Assembly (NCBI RefSeq): GCF_018977255.1
Contig: NW_024704743.1
Location: 48,982,001-49,046,000, forward strand
Direction of reading: 5' to 3'
Origin: Callorhinchus milii
Taxonomy: Eukaryota
DNA length: 64,000 nucleotides
Every line of letters starts with the position of its first letter. Position 1 is the stretch's first letter. A program made the position numbers and the translations under genes. Positions 1 through 11,480 of the stretch are shown here, piece by piece. Below the pieces are notes generated by a model, which saw nothing but the letters and a program-made list of their open reading frames with translations, did not search any database and was not told where the DNA came from.

Positions 1-160
1 TCTATTTGCACCAGCAAGGACCCACAAACAGCCATAAGGTGAATGACCAATTGATTTGGAAGATTACTGGCCAGGATACTGAGAGAAACTCTTTCTCTTT
101 TCAAATAGTATTATGAACTGTTTACTGTTCACCATAAGCAACACAGGCTGACCTTAGTTT
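1..160 (-). mobile_element. Old Deu-domain SINE fragment (SacSINE1/AmnSINE1-like)
   Basis: Degenerate reverse complement of the Deu-SINE body (cccacaaacagccat...tggccaggatact...gagagaaactc). Confidence 0.65.
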
Positions 161-515
161 AATAATAATACTTGCATTTTTATATACAGTAGGACCTTAT
201 CATATCATCAAGATGTCTGAAAGTGCTTCATAGTACAGTGAATTAACTGTATATTTTGTGGGCGAAATGTGGCAGCCAATTGTGCACAGCAGTGTCCCAT
301 AAACAGTCGTGGATTGAATGACCTTTTTTTAAGAGATTATTACCGCCAGCAAGCGATCCGACAATCGACTAACAACCGGGTTCCTACTTACTGCTAGGTA
401 AACAGAGGCGTGTGGAATAAGGATACTCTCCCAAGGTTTCTCCCTGCCCGGGAATTGAACTTGGGCCCTTTCACTTGCAAGGCAATTGCTCTAACCAATA
501 CACTACAGGACTCCA
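161..515 (-). mobile_element. Full-length tRNA-Ala-headed, L2-tailed SINE, subfamily A (with ~65-nt central segment)
   Basis: (TAA)n tail at 161, ttgcattt...gcagccaattgtgcacagcagtgtcccat body, ctacttactgctaggtaaacagaggcg segment, head ending ctacaggactcca at 515. Confidence 0.9.
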
Positions 516-699
516 CTCTACAGGACTTTAATGTTCATTGAAGGCTAAGCATATTTTTGTATGGGTAAATCTCCCTTTTTAGGATGTTTTCTATTCTTTC
601 CACTTAACCAGATTAGGAAGGGATCTATCTTTGGCAATAGAAATGGAAAATCATGACTCTCATAGATCAAATTTTACATCCAAGTTAAAGAATATAATA

Positions 700-915
700 C
701 TAATAATAATCTTTGCATTTGGTTTAACACCTTATCATGTCATCGAGACATCTCAAACCGTATACATTGTAAAGTGATGTGACTGTGTGAATTTTGTGAA
801 CAAGCACGACAGTCAATTTGGCCACAGCAAAGTCCCACAAACAGCCATGGGGTGAGTGACCAATTCTATTTGAGCAATTGTTGGCCAGGACACGAGGATA
901 AACTCCCTTCCTTAG
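700..915 (-). mobile_element. Deu-SINE 3' half
   Basis: taataataatctttgcattt tail plus degenerate body and tggccaggacac motif. Confidence 0.8.
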
Positions 916-920
916 TTAAA

Positions 921-1270
921 TAAGAACATAAGAAGATAAGAACAGGAGTCAGCTTTTCAAACCTCCTCCACTATTTTATCAGACAAATGGCTGATCTACA
1001 ATGTTACATCTTTTCATACCCTTGCACCAAATCCCTTGATACTCCTGCCTACCAAATATTCAACTGTCTCCCTCTTGAATATTTCAATGAACACAGCATC
1101 TACAACCTTTAGGTGTAGTGACCAACACCTTGTGTGAAAAAATATTTGCTGATTTCGCTCTTAATCTGTTTAGCTCTAATTTAAAGATGATGTCCTCTGG
1201 TTCAGGATTCCTCTACGGAAGAAAATACTTCCCTCTATCAACCTTGGCAAATCCTTTGACCATTTTAAAC
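921..1270 (-). mobile_element. CR1 LINE 3' end fragment
   Basis: taagaacataagaa terminal repeat, atggctgatct and cccttgatactc 3'UTR motifs typical of chondrichthyan CR1. Confidence 0.75.
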
Positions 1271-1589
1271 CCTCTTTCAGTGTGCTGCTTCATTTATTTT
1301 TTTCAGCTTTCCTAGGTTACCTCAACAAAATGGAAATTATGAAAATGAATGAACAAATAAAACCAAGCTCAAGCTCACAGTCTAGGCTGACATTCTTCAA
1401 TAGTACAAGAGGAGTATGACATTCACAGAGATATCATCTTTCAGAATATAATAACTGAAACAATCTAATTAAGAGCAAACTAAAGTACAAACAGGCTATT
1501 TTTGAAGAGATATGTCATTTTAGAATAATATTTTAACCAAATTGTCAGCTACTGATTAATTTATACATATGCCCCCTCGTTTTGGACTC

Positions 1590-1800
1590 ACCAAAAAATG
1601 TGAAAACTCATTAACATCTACCTTATCATATCCTTTTATAATCTTACAAACCTCTATTAGGTCCTCTCTCAATCATCTCATCTCCAGAGAGAAAAGCTAC
1701 AACCAGTCCAATCATTCTTGATAGCTGTATCCAATAAACCTGGTAACATACTTGTAAATCTACAGTGTACTCCTTCCAGTGGGTTTCAAACAGTATCATA
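1590..1800 (-). mobile_element. CR1 LINE ORF2 C-terminal fragment
   Basis: cccctcgttttggactcacc...ctattaggtcctctctcaatcatctc...tccagagagaaaag...cttgtaaatct matches the CR1 RLRGDLI-type region. Confidence 0.7.
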
Positions 1801-2514
1801 TTGGTAACACAAATCAAAAATGGCCACTCATGTGGTAATTGAAAGTGTGTACCTTCTGCTCTAGAAGTAGATCAAGTCGGAGTGAAATTCTAATGGGTTG
1901 AGTTCCAGTGCCACACTCAGCAGCAGGAGCCATTACCAGTATCAGGGTCACTATTTGTAACTCCTGTCGCAGAAACTAGATTTAGATTTCAAAATGTTTT
2001 AAAATAATATGTCCTGCTCCAGTCCAGAGTACAATATTTTAGGATATGATGCACTAATATTACCTGAAAGTGATTGCAGGAAACCCTTTTGCTTCCATGA
2101 GTTAAACTGTACGTTAAGAGATGTCAGGACATGATGAACTCTAATTATGTTGTTAAATGTTGCATGAAATTTCATAAATCTTGTGTGACTATATTGTAAT
2201 GAAGTCAAGGTTGCAAACCAATAATGAAAGACTTTTTTATTATATCAAATGTAGCTGTAAAATATCCTTAATTTTATTAGCGGCTGTATAGTATCCTTTC
2301 CAGCATCGCTGGAGATTCCCATCAATCTTTGAGGACATTCAATGCACATTAACCAGACTTCATGTTATTAGGAATGTCAACAGTCATCTGTATTTATTAT
2401 GAAGTATTTATTAGTGTCTGCCTATACACAGCACTGTCTGAACAAGTGACGAGTACAGTTCAGATGTTCAAGAGATTAATATTCTATGTCAAATGTTCAT
2501 CTTTCAGCATGGTG

Positions 2515-2820
2515 TACTTCATTATAAGAGGTGCCGTCCTTCGCATGAGAAGTTAAACCAAGGTCTTGTTTGCCTGTTCAGCTGGGTATAAAAGATCCCA
2601 TGGCACTATTTGAGAAAATAAAATTATTTGTCCTGGTTTCCTGGCCAACAATCCCCTAAATAAAATTGGTCATTCACTTCATGGCAATTTGTGACGTTGT
2701 TGTTCACAAATTGGCTGGTGTGTTTGTCTTCAAAATATACAGTCAATACACCTCACAGTAATTCCTGTGAGACACTTTGATGATGTGAGGCACTATAGCA
2801 ATTGTAAGATTTATTATTTC
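2515..2820 (+). mobile_element. Old Deu-domain SINE
   Basis: gaggtgccgtccttcgcatgagaagttaaaccaagg...aaagatcccatggcactatttga...ctggccaaca, the canonical Deu domain, then an L2-type tail. Confidence 0.85.
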
Positions 2821-2901
2821 TTATAAACATTGGTGAGAATGCCCATGTTCTTCACAATATCTGTTTGAGTTCAATCAGTATTCAGCAAAGCACTAATTAT
2901 C

Positions 2902-3001
2902 ACAAAAACAGAAGTCGCTGGGAACACTCAGCAGGTCAGGCAGCATCTATGGAGAAAGGAAAATTAGTCAACGTTTCGGGTCCACGACCCTTCATCAGAA
3001 C
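2902..3001 (-). mobile_element. Penelope-like element pseudo-LTR fragment
   Basis: aaaaacagaagtcgctgggaacactcagcaggtcaggcagcatctatggag...aacgtttcgggtc...gacccttcatcagaac, the usual shark Penelope terminal motif. Confidence 0.8.
2967..3001 (-). ncRNA. Minimal type I hammerhead ribozyme motif
   Basis: Minus strand GUU-CUGAUGA-A-GGGUC-GUG-GACCC-GAAA-CGUU-GAC: intact core, 5-bp stem II, palindromic ACGU stem III, 3-bp stem I. Confidence 0.75.
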
Positions 3002-3134
3002 GGTCAAACCAGTTAATTATCAGTTGGTTTAACTGCAATTTACCACAATGGGATAATTATCACATGGGGCATTTTTTAACCCCATAAAGAAATGATTAAA
3101 TATCACTAGATAATGATTTTAGTATTTCGTAATT

Positions 3135-3295
3135 ATTTGGTCATTCACTCCATGGCTGTGTGTAGATTGGCTGCCACATTTGTCCACAGTATACACAGTC
3201 TTGTGACTTTACAATGTTTTCTGTGAAGTGCTTTGAGACATCTTGACAACATGATGAGGTGCTTTATAAAATACATGGATTATTCTATTATTATT
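3135..3295 (+). mobile_element. SINE 3' half
   Basis: ttggtcattcactccatggctg...ttggctgccacattt...gtgaagtgctttgagacatc...attatt tail. Confidence 0.8.
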
Positions 3296-4069
3296 TTTTC
3301 TATTTGCTATTTCTTCTAGGAGCATATGCTTAAAGAGGTGATTTGCTTGTCTGTAAAATCAAGTGGGAAATAACTTCGTAGCTGTAAGTTTAATTTCAGA
3401 ATGGACACTGTAAAACCATTACTTGTTCTCTCACTGTGGTGCGATAATAACAGGTCCCTCCCTCCCACCCCAACATTAGCACAATAGTTGGTCCCAAACA
3501 TTCCATTTCTGTTCTTTAATCGCCATAGGGGGGGTTTCAGTGCAGTTAAGAATAGGTACTAATTTATAGCTCAGTATCCAGTGAAGCAGTACTGAAACAT
3601 TGGCTCCAGGTCAAGAGAAAGAATGGGGTGTAAGGAGGAATATAAGATGGTTGGCAACATTTTGTTGAAAAGATACTTCAGACCACAACATAACAGGGGG
3701 AATGGGAATTGTTCACTCTCACGCCTGTGGATAGTTAAAGTTGAGATTGCAATCTTCAGATGATTGATAAACCATTCCTTAATTAAGGAATGGCATGAAT
3801 TGAGGAATGCAATGCATTCATCCCCAAATATTAAATTTTTCAATGACTTTATACTGACATCGGGATCAATTTACTGCCACATTGAATATTTACCATCTCA
3901 CTGTATCTGGATTTGCCAGAGATGGACTCCCTCAACTCCCGCCTGCTGTCAATGCTTGTGAATCCAGGACACAGGCATTAGACTTCTTGCTTGCAAAAGA
4001 TTTGACCTCTGGTTATTTTGTTTAATTGCATGCATGCGGAAGGTGAAAATACAGGGGTCTGGGAGGGAG

Positions 4070-4190
4070 ATCAGAAGAGAGGATTAGAGGAGGTGGAGGC
4101 TAACGTGGAGTATAAACACTGGCATAGAATAGTTGGGCTGAATGACCTGTTTTGGTGTTGTATGGTGGTCTATGTAAATTTATGTAATTC
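4070..4190 (+). mobile_element. CR1 3' terminus
   Basis: gtggagtataaacactggcatag...gttgggctgaatgacctgtttt...tatgtaa terminal repeats. Confidence 0.65.
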
Positions 4191-5001
4191 TCTGTTTCAG
4201 GATGTGGGTGACCCTGGCCAGGCCTGTACTGAGAAAGTGATGGTGGGCCTTCTATTTAATCCACTGTAGGACAACAGCTTTTCACTAAAGAAAAACACAG
4301 GGTAGCTGGAATGTTACTAACCACAGTTAGTTGAAATCAACAAATCAGAAGTCCAATGCCATAAAGCCAGCTTCACGGACATCTAATAATAGTAATAATA
4401 ATCCTTGCATTTGATATGGTGACTTTTACATCAAGAAAACATTTCAAAGCACTTCACAGGATACACTGCAAAGTGTAGTGAATTTGCACTTGGTAGGAGA
4501 ACATTGCATTAAGAATAGCAAGGGAGGGGAGGGCTGCCTCCGGCACATCTAGTTACATTTGATGTGTTGAATATTAAATGTTAAATGCTCAACTGACCTC
4601 ATTAAAAGCTCCCAATATTAATATTAATATCAAATGCTAATGACTTGACTGTACAAGAGGAAACCATTGGTTTCATTCCTTTTACCTCCTGCAGGCAAGC
4701 TGACAATAAGAAAATAACCTTTGAGCATTGGGCTTGAATATCATTCACAATTAACACGCACAACATCACAGAGATTGCGCATTTCAACTACTGAGACCTT
4801 TTGCCAGCACTGTATTTGTAATAACGAATAATAATTAAAGGGTAGCAACGTTTAAAGATGTACTTAATGCTCAGAATGCTCCTTTCAGCAATCTGCAAAA
4901 TACATGTACAGTCATTTATAGTACCTTGTACAAACGATCCTTGACCCTGTTGTAAGGTGCACCCTCATAAGCCTTATGTTTTTTGTCTCGCCTTCCCCCA
5001 A

Positions 5002-5307
5002 ATAATAATAATAATAATAATCCTTGCATTTGATATAGCGCTTTTCACGTCGGGAGGACGTCCCAAAGCGCTTCACAGAACACACTGTAAAGTGAATTGA
5101 CTGTATATTTGTGGGCGAACGCGGTAGCCAATTGCGCACAGCAATGTCCCACAAACAGTAGTAGATTGCAAATGACCAATTAATTATTGTTTTTGGTTTT
5201 GGAGGGATTATTATTAGGCGTGTGGAGTAACGAAACTTGCCCAAGGTTTCGCCCTGCCTGGAAATGAACTCAGATTTCTCGCTTGCAAAGCGAGTGCTCT
5301 AACCACT
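5002..5307 (-). mobile_element. Young SINE subfamily B, nearly full length (extreme 5' end lost)
   Basis: Near-identical reverse complement of the 26644 copy; tail stem-loop with CTCCC loop; stops at ctaaccact. Confidence 0.95.
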
Positions 5308-5375
5308 TATAATAATAAGGGACAATAATCCCTTAAATCCCTTAAATCCCTTAATAAGGGACAATAATCCCTTAA
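5308..5375. repeat. Local duplications at an inverted-SINE junction
   Basis: taataagggacaataatcccttaa at 5313 and 5352, separated by atcccttaa repeats. Confidence 0.85.
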
Positions 5376-5574
5376 AAAAAAAAAAAAAATTGGTCACTTT
5401 CATTCCATGACTGTTTGTGGGACATTGCTGTGCGCAATTGGCTGCCGCGTTCGCCTACAAATATACAGTCAATTCACGTTAGAGTACATTCTGTGAGGCG
5501 CTTTGGGACGTCCTCCCGACGTGAAAAGCGCTATATCAAATGCAAGGATTATTATTATTATTATTATTATTATT
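5363..5574 (+). mobile_element. Young SINE subfamily B, 3' two-thirds
   Basis: tgtttgtgggacattgctgtgcgcaattggctgccgcgttcgcc...gggacgtcctcccgacgtgaaaagcgc...(ATT)n. Confidence 0.95.
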
Positions 5575-5586
5575 AAAGCATGACTC

Positions 5587-5715
5587 AGGCCCCAAATTCC
5601 ATCTGGACCATCTGTAAGACTAATTTATCTTAGACTTTAAGATTGTTCAGATTTGTGTTAAATTCTTCAATGCAGTCTTGGTCTTAATTTGAAAGCTGGT
5701 TTTCTGCTTTTTTTC
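5587..5715. mobile_element. Half of palindromic MITE (same family as 49804 and 58401)
   Basis: aggccccaaattccatc terminus followed by taagattgttcagatttgtg...cttaatttgaaagctggttttctgc. Confidence 0.6.
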
Positions 5716-5719
5716 AAAA

Positions 5720-6720
5720 GAACATAGAGTCAGAGTTTAAAAGGGGGCAGCCCTGACGGTGTAATGGATTGAGCTGCAGCTCATATTGATCTGAAAGCCC
5801 TTTTACACACTTTTCTTTATACCTAGCTCCATAAAGCAGTACTCTCACTACCATGCAAATGCAATTGACCAGATCAGAGATGGTGGGTGACAATGAAGGC
5901 ATTATGGCCTGACTTCTGACCCATTCTATTACTTTTCCACGAGGGAAGGAATATCTGGGCGGTCCCGTCTGTCTGTCTCTCTGACTGCCCTTTGCTAAAA
6001 TTACAAAGGCAAAACAACTTACGAATGACTTCATAGGACTTCGCCAAATTCATGGGCACACTGCAAAGCTAACAGGCTTCTTTCCTTTTGATGTTGGACA
6101 GTGATCAAGCTACTGGCTATTTGGTATTTCAGCAGAAGAAGGCTGCAGGCTTTGTGGGATTTGACTACCTTCTTGATGCTTTACAGCTCACTGCTGCCCC
6201 CATAGTTCAAATTACTAGGATTTTTAAAAACCCTTTTTTAACTCAATCTCACTGTCCGATCAATTTGTGTCTCTCTTCATTACCGGCCGGGTTTACAGCA
6301 GACAATAACTGCTATTGCCCTACATGATAGATATAAATAATGATAAAATGATTCAATTAACATTGGAAGATCCTGCGGACCAGTTGTGATCGGATATTAA
6401 GAAAGTGATTCTTTATACTTTTGTCTGAAAAGAGGCTTTGCTGAGTCTTTTCTTGCTGCTAGGGCAGATCAGGATTCAAAGGTCAGGTCAGAGAACTACA
6501 ATGACCATGCAGGCTGCTGCTGAACCCTGAAGTGACACTGATGATTGATTATCCATTTGCAATAGCTGGATTGTTGGAGCCTTGCTTTTGAGCTGAGCTT
6601 TCTCTATGTTTGTCAAAGAGGACGTCAAAACATTACTTGTTCACTATGTTTGATGTAGGTAAGCGTTTTCAGTTTGTCTTCCAATGCTACACACTTACAG
6701 GATTTCTTCTCATAATTCTG
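5720..6720. promoter_or_regulatory. Repeat-free island, candidate conserved non-coding element
   Basis: About 1 kb with no SINE/LINE motifs and no recognisable protein; conservation not tested. Confidence 0.3.
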
Positions 6721-7569
6721 GGTCATTCTTCTTCCCTTTGGTAAATAATAATAATCCTTGCACATCACATTTTTGTTAACCATCTTTAAAACATGTCATT
6801 TTTGCAGCACTTTATCTGGCGTCCAGGCATCTAAGGACTAATAAACAACATCTGAATGGGTGACAGAATCCAGGTAACAGCCAGGCCTGCTAGTCGGAAG
6901 TCAAACGCCCATTAACATGAGCTCTCAGGCCATGCAGAATGCTCATTGGGTAGCGTGTTACTGAGTACCATGTACAAGATATGTTACTGAGCACATGTAA
7001 CACACAACTTTCAGAGTACCAGAGCATCAAATGCCAGCCTTCTGCCACAACGACAGGACTCAGTGCCTGGAATTTCATATTTTCAATATTAAAAAAAATT
7101 AAAGCAACATTGCAGTTCAATCAGTGACGTAGCAGAAACTAGATATACGCACTGAACCTCTTGGGAGTTGTGCAATGTAACATTACCCAGCAGTTTATTT
7201 TCAGTAAACCATAGGACCTGTCATCATTCCTCCATGTCAGGACTGGTGACTGAATCTTTCAGGGCCTGCTCCAAAAGGATAACCCACCAACAAGATCTGT
7301 CACGATAATGCCAGAGTGCTTTGTCTTGAAATTTTGTTTCTTTATTTTCACAAGCCACAGCACTTTCTCACGACTTATATTTACAAGCCTTTCAGTCTCA
7401 GAGGCAGTGATTTAATTGACATGCATTCCTGAGTGATACAATCCTGATTTAAATCTGTTTATATCCATATATTTACAAACTTCCAACATTTCTCTCTTCC
7501 CTTCTGTTGCTTCCATTAAGCATAACTTGAAACATTATTGTAGGCTGAGCTATAATTGCTCCATTCCCA

Positions 7570-7900
7570 AATGCATTTGATATAGTGCCTATGATGCTGA
7601 AATCCTTCACAAGTAATTCCTGTAAAGTGTAGGGTAAGTATCTGTGGGCGAACAAAGCAGCTAATTTGCAAAAAGCAATTGTCATGAAATTAATGCATAA
7701 TTTTACATGGATGATTGTCGGCCAGGACATTGGGTGAAACTCTTTTTCTTTTCTAACTGGTTCATGGGATCTTTAACATCCACTTCAAATGGCACATGGG
7801 GCCTTGCAATGGAATATCAGGTGAGACTGAGTTCAAAGTCCTGATCTGAGAATTGATCCCATAAGCTTCTGACCGAGTGCCAACATATGAGCCAAGCTGA
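7570..7900 (-). mobile_element. Old Deu-SINE, degenerate
   Basis: tgcatttgatatagtgcc tail, ggccaggacattggg, catgggatctttaacatccac, head remnant gagccaagctgatacc. Confidence 0.7.
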
Positions 7901-8057
7901 TACCATCCTTACACACCTAAGAGGACACTCAGTGCATCACATATAATATCATATTAAAGTTGCAAAATGGGTTCAAATTTATAGATAGTGCATTATGGTT
8001 TATGTCCAGTTTGAAAGTTGAAGTCTATTATCTATCATGCAAGTATTATTATTATTA

Positions 8058-8657
8058 TGTGCGTTTATCATATCTGAGCTCGACCACGCCAATTCCCCGC
8101 TTGTCAGCCTTCCCAACTCTTCCATCCATAAGCTGCAGATCATCCAGAACTCTGCAGCTCGTGTCCTCTTCCGGACTAGACTCTGTGTCCCCATTATCCC
8201 CATCCTCGCCCGGCTCCACTGGCTCCCCATCCCTCAGAGGATAGAGTTCAAAATCCTCATCCTCATCTTCAAGGCTCTCCACGGCCTTTCCCCCTCCTAC
8301 CTCTGAGACCTGCTAAGGCCTTATCAACCTATCTGTTCCCTCCCCTCAGGCAGGCGCCGGCCTGCTCCACGTCCCCCACCATCAGCAGTTGGGCCTTCAG
8401 CCTCTCTGCCCCAACTCTTTGGAACTCCATCCCACATTCCCTTCACCTCATTCCCTCCCTTGCCTCCTTCAATGCACGTCTCAAGACCCTGCTCTTCAAC
8501 TGTGCCTTCGGCCAAACTTCTACCTTCTCTGCCCTCCACCCTCCCTTATCCCAACACCCCCACCACCCCCACTCAATTCCAAATCGCTGACTGTCTTGAT
8601 GCCTTGGGACATCCTCACAATGTGAAAGGCACTATCCAAATGTAATTTTGTATTGTA
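8058..8657 (+). mobile_element. L2 LINE 3' fragment (RT C-terminus plus 3'UTR)
   Basis: Translation AFIISELDHANS...KLQIIQNSAARVL...LHWLPIPQRIEFKILILIFKALHGLSPSYL; ends gggacatcctcacaatgtgaaaggcact...(tattg)n. Confidence 0.95.
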
Positions 8658-8708
8658 TATGGGATTATGGATAGAGGTCTATTTTCATTGTCTATGGTTG
8701 CTGTCTAT

Positions 8709-9114
8709 GATAATAATAATTCTTGCATTTGATATAGTGCCTTATCACGTCTTCGAGACGTCTCAAAGCGCTTCACAGAATATATTGTAAAGTGAATTGA
8801 CTGTGTATTTAGTGGGTGAAACGTGGTAACCAATTGCACACAGCAGTGTCCCACAAACAGTCGTGGATTGAATGACCAATTCTTTTTTAAGGAATTATTA
8901 CCCCCGGAAAAGCAAACTGCCAATTGACTAACAATCAGGTTCTTACTTACTGCTGGCGTGAAAGGCGCTTTATAAATGGAATCTTGTTGTTGTTGTTGTG
9001 GGTAAACATAGGCACGTCGAGAAAGGAAACTTGCCCAACGTTTCACGCTGCCGGGAATCAAACCAGGTCTCTCGCTTGTGAGGTGAGTGCTCTAACCACT
9101 GAGCTACAGGACTA
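8709..9114 (-). mobile_element. Full-length SINE subfamily A, interrupted at 8957-8999
   Basis: Tail, body, central segment and head (gagtgctctaaccactgagctacaggact) all present. Confidence 0.92.
8957..8999 (+). mobile_element. Ultra-short L2 3' end inserted in a SINE
   Basis: cgtgaaaggcgctttataaatggaatcttgttgttgttg closely matches the L2 terminus at 35472-35515. Confidence 0.85.
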
Positions 9115-10364
9115 CTGTATGGTGGTGAATTTCATGATGGTGAAATATGGGTTTGTTATCCATATTTGTTATCCATCTAGGTTACATTGAGATCGGTTTA
9201 GGTGGAGTCCGTGGAGCAGATGACCAGGATGCTCTCTCATTCTTCAAAGGCATATGTCGGACCATCTACACAACAGGGAGGAAATTAACACATTTAATCC
9301 TTAATTTCCTGACAAATCCCTGCAAATTCCCTGTTCTTTCATCTTCTTTTTAACTTTAATTTTAGATTATTTCTTGTTGCTTTATTTCTTGCTTTTTATC
9401 CGCCTTGCCTGATTTGGTGGATAATTGGGGTCTGAATCAAAGTTCCACTGTAATTGAATCTGGAAGATATTTTAGACTACAAGAGCTTTGTTCTATGAGT
9501 TTGTGATGCCATCAGGAGCCTGCAATTCAGTTACTGTCCTGTACTTAAATCTTACTCCCTTTCAAACAATTTTGACTGATAAATAAGCATATCCCTTCAC
9601 ACTGTATTCTACAAATACAGTGTGAAATAACTAGATTTCACAGGAAGATCCTGTGAAACTCTTTGAGACGTCTTGACAACACGTAAAGGCACTGTATCAA
9701 ATGCAAGGATTATAACTGAATACAGTATACCCATATTTGTGCAAAACTTGTTTGTCTCTAACTCACCCTATGGAATAAACTAGAATTCCATGTTATTACT
9801 GTATGTGGCTGATAACAACGTCATGGACAGCTGTCGTGTGGATAGATTTTGTTCACATACTTTGAGGTGAGCTACCTGACCACAAGTACTTTCCAATTAA
9901 TCACTGGAGATTGTGAAAGAACTGAAATTACTGTAGCTGCATGTACCCACTTAGCTCCAACAAACGTGGACATTAATTGTAGCAATAAGAGTTGAAATAA
10001 CAAAGCATTTTGTTCTGTGCAGAAAAACAATGACCTCTATATCACACGAAATCAAAATTTTAAATCAATGTGAAATACAGCAAATAAATATATAGATAGA
10101 GAATGTCATAGAAGATTATTGAGCGAGATGTTTATTGTGTTGTGAAGGAGACATGTATAACTTTGTGGAGTATGATTTATTGTACTCTACTTTTCACCCA
10201 CCAATATTGCACCTGACAGCATACAGTTGCATTACACACAGTTATTCCAACAGTAATTACAGTTACATAAGTGGCAAATATTTTACAAGTAAAAGATTTA
10301 TAACTATAATTTCCAGATTCTGGGTTTTGAGCCATTACTAAATTGACTAAAGGTACATCTAATT

Positions 10365-10465
10365 ATAATAATAATCCTTGCATTTGATTTGGCGCTTTTC
10401 ACGTCCTCTAGAGTCTCAAGGCGCTTCACAGAATAGACTGTAAAGTGAATTGACTGTATATTTGA
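10365..10465 (-). mobile_element. Young SINE 3' tail
   Basis: ataataataatccttgcatttgatt...gcgcttcacagaatagactgtaaagtgaattgactgtatatt. Confidence 0.9.
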
Positions 10466-11029
10466 ATAGGAAAGTGAAGCAAATATTTCCCACATGACAT
10501 TTTCTGGCAGCATATTTCATCTTCCATTACTATTACTGCTGCTTCTTCAGACTGCATTTCCATAATGCATACTTTACAAGGTGGATTTGCATTGCTTTAG
10601 CTTTCCCTCCTCATCCCTGGGTTTAATAGTTTCCTCATTTAACGATCTCAGCGTCCCAGCTGAAACCACTGATGAGGTCAATGAATACTTTGTTTCCAGA
10701 CATAGTGCATATTCTGACTTTATTCTAATGAAAACACTGGAACACAGGGTAACAGAGAACTACATGGAAATCAGATTGAATTTAAAAGCTCAAAATGGAA
10801 AATAGCAGCCCTGGGGGGAACTGTAGAACGCAAAATCTGCCACTGTGGTTTGATTTACTCTTCGAGCCTATGATGGCATGGGGGTGGGGAGGGGGGGGTG
10901 TGGGTGGGGAGTGTTCACACACCAGTGCTACAAGGTCCAGTTTTTCCAATTTCTATTCCTTAATACTTTCTGCCAGTCACTAGAAAAACATTGTCTCATT
11001 TATTCAGCAGTTTAGTTGAATACTTTTAC

Positions 11030-11480
11030 AAATAATAATTCTGGCATTTGATAAAGCGTCTACAACATTGAAACATCTCAATACACTTCACAGGTGATTG
11101 CTGGAAAGTGAAATGACTGTGTTGGTAGGCAAACACTCAATGTCCCACAAACTGCAATGAAATTAATAACAAATATATCTGGGGGTTGTTAGTCAAGGCA
11201 CTGGGAGAAATTCCCTTCTCCTAAAGATTCCATGGCATGACAAGTATTCGAAAAGAGAATTGTTGGCCAGACATCTACCAATGTCTGGCCAACAATCCCT
11301 CAAGTAAAATTGGTCATTCACTTTATGGCTGTTTATGGCCAATGTTGTGGGGACTGGGTTACTGAATTCATCTACAAAATACACAGTGACGACACTTTAC
11401 AATAAAATCCTGTGAAGCACTTTGAGACATTTTGATGATGTGATAAAGGGCTAAATCAAATGCAAGGATTATTACTATTA
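11030..11480. mobile_element. Head-to-head pair of old Deu-SINEs (minus 11030-11250, plus 11250-11480)
   Basis: Tail at both outer ends, Deu motifs on opposite strands, perfect 16-bp hairpin at the junction. Confidence 0.8.

Noticed and set aside
1853..2065. Possible minus-strand exon (ctttcag acceptor, aag|gtac donor)
   Set aside because: All three frames contain stops and there is no supporting homology.
3370..3380. ATAACTTCGTA, similar to a loxP arm
   Set aside because: Only 11 nt of one arm and no inverted partner; compatible with chance.
4912..5244. Recurrent ORFs such as MGKF.YST.LIIIPPK...RNWLPRSPTNIQSIHF
   Set aside because: Incidental translations of SINE copies, not a gene family.
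10878..10910. G-rich tract able to form a G-quadruplex (also C-rich 50385-50420)
   Set aside because: Low-complexity tracts with no promoter or CpG-island context.
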